A stretch of DNA of 64,000 nucleotides, from positions 2,782 through 66,781 of the forward strand of contig JAZNND010000059.1 of assembly GCA_045580085.1 (NCBI GenBank). The letters are read 5' to 3'. Under the pieces are notes generated by a model. That model was not told the DNA's origin. It did no database searches and saw only the letters and a program-made list of their open reading frames with translations. Of the stretch, positions 1 through 8,800 are shown piece by piece. Source of the stretch: Eubacteriales bacterium (GTDB lineage Bacteria; Bacillota; Clostridia; Oscillospirales; CAG-272). The first letter of the stretch is position 1; each line of letters opens with the position of its first letter. The translations under genes and the position numbers were made by a program.

Positions 1-1598
1 CAGTTCATCATGACTTCGTAAGCAGTCTTGAAGGGGGAGCCTTCCTTGCCGTCGCAGCGAGGAGCGAACCAAGTGCAAGGCCAAGTGTAGTCGGTTCTCT
101 TCCAAAGAGCGTCGGAAACGTCAGCGGGAAGTGCAACCGTCCAACCTTCTGCGATCTGAAGCACGGGACCGAGACCTTTTACAAGGTTCAAACGGATCAT
201 GGTAACGGGCATCTCATACTTGGTTTCGAAACGGGAAGAATAACCGCCGCCTCTGAAGTAGCCGACGTCGGCATAGTTCCAAGTGGAGTTTGCCATGATC
301 TTCTTCTGATCCTCTTCGGTGATGTCGTACCAAGGCTTCATAACGTGGTTGCCGTTTTCATCTACAGCTTCGCCGTTCGCGTCAAGGCAAGCGGCACCGG
401 AGTTGATGAGGTGGATAAAGCCGTTTGCGTCCTTTGCCTTGCCTTCAAGCTTGTAGCCGGTTACGCGCTCTACGCTCTCGCCCGACCAGTAGGTACGAAC
501 GTCAGCGAAGATCTGAGCACGGTTGGTAAGCAGCTTCATGAAGAGCATGCCGAGACCGTTGAGAACGTCATTCTCGGTAGCGAGGATGTAGGGCTCACGT
601 GCGCCTTCCCAGTCAAAGGAAGTGTTGAGCATAGCCTCGGGGAAGTCGCAGTTGGGATAGAAGTCGGTCCACTGTCTCTGACCTTGGAAGCCTGCGGCGA
701 TGGCGTTGTGACCAACCATCTCCTCCTCGCAACCCTTGGGCAGATTCTTGTTGCCGTTCATGAGGTCCTTAATGATGACCATCATCTTAACAACGAACTC
801 GAGGTCCTTTTCCTTCTGCTTTTCGGTTTTCTGAAGCTCGGGAGGATTCTTGTCAAAGCCGATGTTGCAGTTTGCCTTCGCCCACTCGAGAGCTTTCTTA
901 TAAGTAGCCTTGTTGTAAACGCCTTCAGTCATTCGGCGGATGATTTCAACCTCGTCAACCGACTCAACGCGCATGCCGAGATAGTCCTCGATAAAGTTGG
1001 TATCGATGATAGAACCGCCGATACCCATGCACATCGAACCGATCTGCAAGTAGGACTTGCCGCGCATGGAAGCGGCAGCAACAGCCGCACGGCCGAAGCG
1101 GAGAAGCTTCTCTTCTACGTCAGCAGGGATGGAGGTGTCGTCCATATCCTGAACGTCGTGACCGTAGATACCGAATGCGGGAAGACCTTTCTGAGAATGG
1201 GTAGCGAGAACGGATGCGAGATAAACCGCACCGGGACGCTCGGTACCGTTGAAGCCCCAAACACCCTTGATGGTGGTGGGATTCATATCCATAGTCTCCG
1301 CGCCATAGCACCAGCAGGGAGTAACGGTCAGGGTGATTTCAACGCCTGCCTTCTTAAACTTTTCTTCGCAAGCGGCACTTTCGCCTACACGGCCGATGGT
1401 GGTGTCCGCAATGATGACCTTTACGGGTTCACCGTTCGAATACTTCAAGTTTTCCTCGAAGAGCTTTGCGGCAGCCTTTGCCATGTTCATGGTTTGATCC
1501 TCAAGGGATTCGCGAACCTTGAGCGCACCGCGACGACCGTCGATGGTCGGGCGAATGCCGATGACGGGATAACCGCCGATAAGTCTGCTTTTTGCCAT
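1..1598 (-). CDS. fucI: L-fucose isomerase, C-terminus cut by the window start (absent from the supplied ORF track because it runs off the edge)
   Basis: Manual minus-strand translation from ATG 1598-1596 gives [124 protein letters not shown]. It is collinear with E. coli FucI. GAGAGG lies 9 nt upstream of the ATG. Confidence 0.9.
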   Translation of the reverse strand, partial: MAKSRLIGGYPVIGIRPTIDGRRGALKVRESLEDQTMNMAKAAAKLFEENLKYSNGEPVKVIIADTTIGRVGESAACEEKFKKAGVEITLTVTPCWCYGAETMDMNPTTIKGVWGFNGTERPGAVYLASVLATHSQKGLPAFGIYGHDVQDMDDTSIPADVEEKLLRFGRAAVAAASMRGKSYLQIGSMCMGIGGSIIDTNFIEDYLGMRVESVDEVEIIRRMTEGVYNKATYKKALEWAKANCNIGFDKNPPELQKTEKQKEKDLEFVVKMMVIIKDLMNGNKNLPKGCEEEMVGHNAIAAGFQGQRQWTDFYPNCDFPEAMLNTSFDWEGAREPYILATENDVLNGLGMLFMKLLTNRAQIFADVRTYWSGESVERVTGYKLEGKAKDANGFIHLINSGAACLDANGEAVDENGNHVMKPWYDITEEDQKKIMANSTWNYADVGYFRGGGYSSRFETKYEMPVTMIRLNLVKGLGPVLQIAEGWTVALPADVSDALWKRTDYTWPCTWFAPRCDGKEGSPFKTAYEVMMN

Positions 1599-1628
1599 TT
1601 GTTTGTACCTCTCTAAAAATATAGTAAA

Positions 1629-1654
1629 AATGGATTTTACTTCCGTAATCCATT
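1629..1654. promoter_or_regulatory. Operator-like inverted repeat AATGGATT-N10-AATCCATT overlapping the fucI -10
   Basis: Perfect 8-bp arms at 1629-1636 and 1647-1654. The right arm overlaps the minus-strand TACAAT. Confidence 0.35.
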
Positions 1655-1680
1655 GTAGCACAAAAAAACCAAAAAAACAA
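1652..1680 (-). promoter_or_regulatory. Putative sigma-A promoter of fucI
   Basis: On the minus strand: TTGTTT (1680-1675), 17-nt spacer, TGcTACAAT (-10 at 1657-1652). Confidence 0.4.
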
Positions 1681-1790
1681 TGGTTTTATGAAAAAAGTTT
1701 GGTCTTTTTTGCCTAAAATTTTAAGAAAAAAAGGCGTTTTTTCGTTTTTTGATTTTTTCTTCGTTCAAAAATAAACTTTTGGAAAAACGG

Positions 1791-1819
1791 TAGACAAATT
1801 TCTTTTTTTATGCTACAAT
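1791..1819 (+). promoter_or_regulatory. Putative sigma-A promoter of the rhaB-rhaA-PMI operon
   Basis: TAGACA (1791-1796), 17-nt spacer, TGcTACAAT (-10 at 1814-1819). Confidence 0.45.
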
Positions 1820-1834
1820 ATATTTTAGTGTATC

Positions 1835-1860
1835 ATGGGATATTTGTAAGATATCCCCAT
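1835..1860. promoter_or_regulatory. Inverted repeat ATGGGATAT-N7-ATATCCCCAT just downstream of the rha promoter
   Basis: Perfect 7-bp core GGGATAT/ATATCCC at 1837-1843 and 1851-1857, about 16 nt after the -10. It could be an operator or a leader hairpin. Confidence 0.35.
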
Positions 1861-1905
1861 ACATAAAGAAAAAAGATTCCGCGTTTGCGGGAAAAGGAGC
1901 TTTTT

Positions 1906-3384
1906 ATGGCAAAGAAAGTATTGGCATTTGACTTTGGTGCATCCAGTGGCAGAGCTATGATCGGTGAATATGACGGCAAGCTCGTCAACGTAACCGAAAT
2001 TCATCGTTTTTCAAATGACACCGTTTGTACGGGCGGCAGAATGTATTGGGACGTTTTGCGTCTTCTTTTTGAAGTAAAGACTGCCATCAATAAGGCTGTA
2101 AAAGAACATCAGATCGATGCAATCGGTATCGATACTTGGGGTGTTGACTTCGGCATGCTGAATGCGCATGGCGAGCTGATTTCCAATCCCAATCACTATC
2201 GCGACGAGCGCACCGTCGGCATGCCCGAGGAGGTGTTTGAAACCGTTTCCTCTAAAGAGCTTTATTCTTTGACGGGTACGCAGACCATGCGTATCAATAC
2301 GCTTTATCAGCTCTACTATATGGCAAAATACCGCCCCGAGATTATGGCGATGACCGATAAAATCCTCTTTATGCCCGACCTTATGGCATATTTCCTCACG
2401 GGTGCCAAGCGCGCGGAGGCAACCATCGCGTCTACCTCCAACTTCCTTGATCCCGTACATAAAACTTGGAACACCGAGCTTCTTACCCGTCTCGGTATCC
2501 CCACTTCCATTCTCCCTGAAATCATCGCTCCCGGCGAAAGCTACGGCATGCTCTCTAAGGAGCTGTGCGATGAGTTCGATTGCAAGCCCATTCCCGTCAT
2601 CGCCGTTTGCACGCACGATACCGCTTCCGCCGTTGCCGCGGCACCCACGGAGGGCGATTTCGTATACATCTCTTGCGGCACATGGTCGCTCTTCGGCACC
2701 GAGCTTTCGGCTCCCGTTATCAATGAAAAATCCGAAGCGATTCAGTATACCAACGAGGGCGGCTACATGGGAACCACCCGTTTCCTTAAAAACATCATGG
2801 GACTTTGGCTCATTCAAGAATCCCGCCGTCAGTGGATCCGTGAGGGCTTCGATGTTTCTTATGCTGATCTTGAGAGGGAAGCACTCGCATGCGAACCCTT
2901 CCGTTGCTTCATCGACTGTGATGCGCCCGAGTTTGAGCTTGCGGGCAATCTTCCGAAACGCGTGCAGGAATTCTGCCGTGCCACCGGTCAGTATGTTCCC
3001 GAAACGCGCGGTGAAATCATGCGTTGTATCTACGAGAGCCTTGCTATGAAGTATAAGCTTAATTATGAGGCTTTGCGCGAGGTGTCGGGTAAGAACTTTA
3101 CTCAAATCAACATGCTCGGCGGCGGTATCAAGGATACGCTTCTTTGCCGTCTGACCGCAAATGCTACGGGTGTGCGCGTTGTAGCAGGCCCTGTAGAAGC
3201 CACCGTTATGGGCAATATTGCCGTTCAGTTGATCGCGCTGGGCGAGATCGCGGATTGGAAAGCCGCACGCGCCATCATCAAGGATTCCACGCCTTTGAAG
3301 ATCTATGAGCCCGACAATGCCGCCGCTTGGGATAGCGCTTACAACGAGTACAAAAAATACCTCGGCAAAAGCGGCAAGGCGTAA
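1906..3384 (+). CDS. rhaB: Rhamnulokinase (FGGY carbohydrate kinase)
   Basis: ORF 1885..3384, with the start moved to ATG 1906 (AAGGAG 6 nt upstream). The N-terminus KVLAFDFGASSGRAMIG..EIHRFSN..YWDV is collinear with E. coli RhaB. The gene sits directly upstream of rhaA. Confidence 0.85.
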   Translation: MAKKVLAFDFGASSGRAMIGEYDGKLVNVTEIHRFSNDTVCTGGRMYWDVLRLLFEVKTAINKAVKEHQIDAIGIDTWGVDFGMLNAHGELISNPNHYRDERTVGMPEEVFETVSSKELYSLTGTQTMRINTLYQLYYMAKYRPEIMAMTDKILFMPDLMAYFLTGAKRAEATIASTSNFLDPVHKTWNTELLTRLGIPTSILPEIIAPGESYGMLSKELCDEFDCKPIPVIAVCTHDTASAVAAAPTEGDFVYISCGTWSLFGTELSAPVINEKSEAIQYTNEGGYMGTTRFLKNIMGLWLIQESRRQWIREGFDVSYADLEREALACEPFRCFIDCDAPEFELAGNLPKRVQEFCRATGQYVPETRGEIMRCIYESLAMKYKLNYEALREVSGKNFTQINMLGGGIKDTLLCRLTANATGVRVVAGPVEATVMGNIAVQLIALGEIADWKAARAIIKDSTPLKIYEPDNAAAWDSAYNEYKKYLGKSGKA

Positions 3385-3401
3385 AAAGAAAGGATATAGA
3401 A

Positions 3402-4658
3402 ATGAACGATAAAATTCTTGCCGCTTACCGTATGGCGAAAGAGGTGTATGCCGAGATCGGTGTTGATACCGATGCCGCCATCGAAGCCCTTAAAAAGATT
3501 CCTGTTTCCATCCATTGTTGGCAAGGCGATGACGTTCTCGGCTTTTTGTTTCAGGATACTGCGCTTTCCGGCGGTATTCAGACAACCGGTAACTATCCCG
3601 GCAGAGCCAAGACAGCAGAAGAACTCCGCGCCGATCTTGATGTCGCACTTTCGCTCATTCCCGGTAAAAACCGTCTCAATCTTCATGCCATCTATGCCGA
3701 TACCGAGGAAAAGGTCGATCTCGTTGACCTTGCCCCCCGCCATTTCTCCTCTTGGATCGATTATGCGCGCGAACGCGGTATAGGGCTTGATTATAACCCC
3801 ACCTGCTTCTCGCATCCCATGGCGGCAAGCGGATATACCATTTCCTCCGCTGACAAAGCCGTGCGCGACTATTGGGTAGCGCATTGCGCAGGTTCTCGCA
3901 AGATCGCCGAGGCAATGGGTAAAGCACTGAACACCAAATGCATGGTTAACCACTGGTTCCCGGACGGTTCCAAGGATGTTCCCGTCGATAAAGAAGGCCC
4001 CCGTATGCGTATGATGGAGGCTTTGGACGAAATGCGCCGCGAAAAGGTAGACGAAAGATACGAAATGGATTCTCTTGAGTCTAAGGTGTTCGGTATTGGC
4101 GCGGAGAGCTATACCGTTTCCTCGAATGAGTTTGCGCTCGGCTATGCTGTCAGCCGCGGCATTTCCTATACGCTTGACTCCGGTCATTTCCATCCCACCG
4201 AAATGATCTCCGATAAGATTTCCTCCGTTCTTCTCTATACGAAGGAGATGCTTCTCCACGTCTCCCGTCCCGTCCGTTGGGACTCTGACCATGTTGTTAC
4301 CTTTGACGATGAGCTTGCCGCCATCGCGCAAAGTCTTATACGCACAGGCCTTATCGAACGCACCCATATCGGGCTCGACTATTTTGATGCTTCGATCAAC
4401 CGCGTAGCGGCATGGGTAATCGGTACTCGCAATATGCAAAAAGCTTTGCTCAAAGCACTTTTGGAGCCTGTCGAAATGTGGAAAAAGCTTGAGCTCGAAG
4501 GGGACTATACCGCACGCCTTGCCTTGACGGAAGAGCATAAGTGCTATCCTCTCGGTGCCGTTTGGGATTATTATTGCGAAATGATGGGTGTTCCCGTCAG
4601 AGACGCATGGCTTTCTGCGGTGCGTGACTATGAAAAGAAGGTATTGGTAAACCGTTGA
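3402..4658 (+). CDS. rhaA: L-rhamnose isomerase
   Basis: 418 aa. SIHCWQGDDV and DSGHFHPTE motifs and the length are typical of RhaA. It starts 18 nt after rhaB. Confidence 0.9.
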   Translation: MNDKILAAYRMAKEVYAEIGVDTDAAIEALKKIPVSIHCWQGDDVLGFLFQDTALSGGIQTTGNYPGRAKTAEELRADLDVALSLIPGKNRLNLHAIYADTEEKVDLVDLAPRHFSSWIDYARERGIGLDYNPTCFSHPMAASGYTISSADKAVRDYWVAHCAGSRKIAEAMGKALNTKCMVNHWFPDGSKDVPVDKEGPRMRMMEALDEMRREKVDERYEMDSLESKVFGIGAESYTVSSNEFALGYAVSRGISYTLDSGHFHPTEMISDKISSVLLYTKEMLLHVSRPVRWDSDHVVTFDDELAAIAQSLIRTGLIERTHIGLDYFDASINRVAAWVIGTRNMQKALLKALLEPVEMWKKLELEGDYTARLALTEEHKCYPLGAVWDYYCEMMGVPVRDAWLSAVRDYEKKVLVNR

Positions 4659-5623
4659 TGGATGAAAGTACGTATCTTTACCCCCTGAAGCTCAGTTATA
4701 TCGCCAAAACGGCGCTTTGGGGCGGACATAAACTCAAAGACAGCTACGGAAAGTATTATGACGGCGATAAGCTCTCGGAAACCTGGGAGCTTACCTGCCG
4801 CACGCCCGATGAATGCTCCATGATCGAAAACGGAGACAAAGCCGGTATGCTTCTTCTCGATTACTTTGCCGATTACGGTAAAGATCTCATCGGGAAAGGC
4901 TATCGGGAAGAGCGTTTCCCCCTTTTGATCAAATGGATCGATGCCGCCGATTCTCTTTCCGTACAAGTGCATCCCGATGATGCTTATGCGCTCGCCAACG
5001 AAAACGATCCCGGCAAAACCGAAATGTGGTACATCGCCGAGGCGGAAGAGGGCGCAAAGCTGATCTACGGTCTTAAAGACGGGCTCGGCAGGGAAGACTT
5101 TCGCACCGCCGTCCGTACGGGCGATTACCGTTCGGTGATGCGTGAAGTACCTGTAAAAAAAGGCGAATGCTATTTCATTCCCTCCGGCATGCTCCATGCC
5201 ATCGGAGCCGGCATTGTTATTGCCGAGATTCAGCAGAACTCCGATCTTACCTACCGCGTTTACGATTTTGACCGCAAAGGTCCCGACGGTAAGCCGCGCG
5301 AGCTGCATGTTGCGAAAGCACTCGACGTGGTACGCCCTTTTACCGAGGAAGAGATCAATGCCGTTCGCTACGCGCGCGGCGAAAGCGAAGAATACCTCGC
5401 TGTCTGCCCTTATTTCCGTGTAAAACGCACAAAGGCTGAAAATGGAGAAATTGAGGTAACGGAAGAGAGCTTTGTTCATCTTCTTTGCACGGAAGGCGAA
5501 GGCACTCTCATATATAAAAAGGAAAGATTTCCTTTCAAAAAAGGCGAAAGCTATCTTTTGCCCGCGTCTCTCGGCATGTGCAAAACAGAGGGTGATGCCG
5601 AAATTTTGCTCTCCTCGCTCTAA
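4658..5623 (+). CDS. manA: Class I mannose-6-phosphate isomerase (cupin)
   Basis: ATG 4658 overlaps the rhaA stop (TGATG). Motifs LSVQVHPDD, KTEMWYI and MLHAIGAG match type I PMI. Confidence 0.7.
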   Translation: MDESTYLYPLKLSYIAKTALWGGHKLKDSYGKYYDGDKLSETWELTCRTPDECSMIENGDKAGMLLLDYFADYGKDLIGKGYREERFPLLIKWIDAADSLSVQVHPDDAYALANENDPGKTEMWYIAEAEEGAKLIYGLKDGLGREDFRTAVRTGDYRSVMREVPVKKGECYFIPSGMLHAIGAGIVIAEIQQNSDLTYRVYDFDRKGPDGKPRELHVAKALDVVRPFTEEEINAVRYARGESEEYLAVCPYFRVKRTKAENGEIEVTEESFVHLLCTEGEGTLIYKKERFPFKKGESYLLPASLGMCKTEGDAEILLSSL

Positions 5624-5651
5624 ATCGTGAAGGAAGTGTGAAGACGTGTTT

Positions 5652-5683
5652 GGCATTTTCCACAAAAACAAAAATGCCGTTTT
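5652..5683 (+). terminator. Weak intrinsic terminator after the PMI gene
   Basis: GGCATTTT (5652-5659) pairs with AAAATGCC (5671-5678), followed by GTTTT. Confidence 0.35.
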
Positions 5684-5745
5684 GGGAATTCGCACAAAAA
5701 TGCATTTTTGGCTTCGTCATTTTTAACTAAAATGAATGAAACGTC

Positions 5746-5774
5746 TTGACATTTGAGGAAAAATATCGTAGAAT
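5746..5774 (+). promoter_or_regulatory. Putative sigma-A promoter of the 2343-aa gene
   Basis: TTGACA (5746-5751), 17-nt spacer, TAGAAT (5769-5774). Confidence 0.5.
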
Positions 5775-5840
5775 ATGATTAGGTATCTGTGTGCTTTTAT
5801 GAAAAAGCACTAAAATACGAAGCAAAAAGGAGAAAAACGT

Positions 5841-8800
5841 ATGAAGAAGAGAATCCTCAGTTTCTTGTTGGTTCTTTGCATGCTTCTTACCGCAATGCCG
5901 ATCTTTACCTTCGGCTCCGGTGCATCGGAAACAGCGGTGGAAGACGAAAACAATGAGCTCACCAAGAATGAAGACTCTAAAGCCGTGTCGAGCTTTTACG
6001 ATTATTACGTAACCGACGGGCTTGTGGCATTTTTCGATGCCTATGACACCAAGAGCACCACTCTTGATCTCGAGAATGGTAAGTGGTATGCAAAGGTTTA
6101 TAATGCATCCACCAAAGGTTTTGAAAAATCTACCGATGAGGGGCTTGTCGCTACCATTGGCGGCGGCGTCTTGGGTTCGACCACCGAGCCCGCTGAAGAA
6201 GGCGCAGAGCCCATCGTGAATACTACCGGTTGGGTAAAGGGCGATAAGGGCTTCTCTTATTTCACCAATCAATCCGTTGGTGCGAATAAGATCAGCTTGC
6301 CTCTTGCTCTCATTGCCTCCGATAGCTACACGGTTGAATTTGTCGGTTCCGTGAAGCTTCGTGAAATCCACGATGCAGAGCAAGAGACCGGTACGGTTGA
6401 AAAAACCGTTGCCGACGGTAAGGCTACCTATACTATCTCGGGCCTCACCCTCTTGACTCGTAACAACGGCACAACCGATTACACCAACCTCTGCTATTAT
6501 ACCGTAACCCTCAAGGGCGAAGCCAATGCAACGGTTGATCTTACGATCAACGGTTCCGCTGTCAGCGTAAAGCTTGACGGTGAGGGCAACGGCTCTTACA
6601 TGGCAAAGTGCACAGCAAAGCTTGACACTTATGTCATCGTAGCTCCCGAAAACGTTGAGTTGACCTTTACCAAGGATAAGACTCTCAACGGTCAGTACAT
6701 GTCTACCTCTGCGTTTGTATTCGGTACTTTGCACTGCACGCATTGGACCAATCTCATCGGCGACAACGCTTGGGGTAATGGCGCAGGTAAAACCCGTTGG
6801 TACACCGGTTCTTCCGACTGGGGAGTACATAACGGTACCGCAGGCAGCACTCAATACGGCGGTGCACTTAAGGACACTTCCTTCTTTGTGAACTATAATG
6901 ATCAGGCTGCTGTTTTGCGCGTTCAAAAGTCTAAACTTGATGCGGGTGAAAGCTATACCGTTTCTTATGGCACGAGCTCTACGTCCGTTTCCGGCGATAA
7001 GCCTTTTGCCAATTATAAGTTTGACCTTCTTTCCAACACCTGCGGTACGGCTTATGCGGTTCGTGTTTACAACCGCCATTTGACCGCAGATGAAAAGAAA
7101 CTCAATGACTTTGCCGACAAGATGATCCTCAACGACGTTGACTTTGGCGCCTTCAATGCACTTGAAGACAGATTGAAGGAAATGTACATCAAGTCCACCG
7201 AGGCTCTCACGCTTGATGCAGGCAACGAGGAGTTTACCAAAGCTCTTGACGGCGTACTTGATTATGCCGAAAAAGAAGCTGCCATGCGTGCTATGACCGA
7301 CTATGATAAGCTCTATGCCGGTGCTGACGGCAATCCTACCGCGAATGGCGGTAGCCTTGTGGCTCTCTTCTCTGCATACGGTGACAACAGTGCTTCGCTC
7401 GACCTTGTCAACAAGTCTTGGCGCGATAAGGTCGGTATGAATGATATCGTTTTCCAAGGTGCAATGTACGATGAGGCTACCGGTAAGGGTTATTGGAAGC
7501 TTCGCCAAGACGGCGGTGTCGGTTACGATATGAACTTTGACACTACCGGTAAAAACGGTACCTACAACTCCGGATCGGGCGTATATATGCAGCTTGAGCC
7601 TTCGCTCATCGCTTCTCCCGATTTTACCGTAGAGTATGTTGTAGCGTATGAGTACTTCACCTATCTTGACGGTTCTGTTTGCCCCGTCAATTTGAAGCTT
7701 ACCTATAACGAGTCTCCTGCCGAGACAATCGGTCTTTTGAAAAACTTCGTTTCCCGTACCGGTCCTATCGACGCTACCGGTGCAAGCCGCGGTACCCGTT
7801 GGTATGTTGCTAAACCCTCTACCGGTTGGCAGCAGTCCGGCTTTAACCATCAGCTCTGGGGCGATGTCCGTCCTGATGATGATATCTATTTGCAGTCCAT
7901 CACCCGTGACGAATCCGATATCACCGGTGGCAAGCAGGCTGTTTATGAAATCAATAAAAACGGAAGTATGGTATTGAAGGGCACCTACAAGTCCAACGCT
8001 GCCCAAGCCGGTGAGATCTATTACATCGGTTCCGATGCGGCAGGTCAGTCCTTCCAGCTCTTCCGCCAGATTCCTGTTTCCGCATATTCGATCCGTGTAT
8101 ATGATGCAGTTCTTACTTCTACGGAAATGCAACACAACCGCTTTGTCGACCTTGCCGCATACTGCGGTGCCGATATGACGGCGTACATGGCTCTTAGCAA
8201 AGAAGCACAGACGATTGTTGATAGCATGCTTGCCGGCAACGGCTTTGACCTCGATACCGAAGCATTTGAGGCAGCTCTTAAGACGGTTACCGATATCCTC
8301 GGTAATGACAGCGGTCTTGCTGACAGTCTCTATGTTACCGACGGTCTTACCATGCTTCTTGCCGCATACAGCGGCTTCAATACCGGCGCGATCGGCGGCA
8401 ACGGTGCTCCTATCAGCTGGTTCAACGGCGTACAGCAGGGCTCTTTTGCAACCCTCCGCGGCTCCGGATGGACGCTCAATGAGGATGGTGGTTTTACCAT
8501 CGTTAAGACTTGGGAAGAGTTCCAAAAGGATATCACCTTCGGTCTCTATCTCGATCAAAGCCTCCTTCCCACCGGCGGTTACACCGTAGAGCTTGTAGCG
8601 AACCCCGTTGGTGTTACCAACCCTGACGGCACTCGTTTTATCGATGACTTCTCTACCTACGGTCAGAACTATAACAACGGTTTTGCCATCGGTCCGATGC
8701 GTTGCTTGCAGTTCGTCTGCATGCGTCCTACCGGTAAAGACGGTCAGCTTGAAAAACGTTGGGTTTACCAAAAAGAAACCAATGCTTGGCATGCTTCCGG

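Noticed and set aside
345-1616. 423-aa plus-strand ORF at the left edge
   Set aside because: It is the antisense shadow of fucI. The minus-strand translation is collinear with E. coli FucI, and the plus-strand product has no recognisable features.
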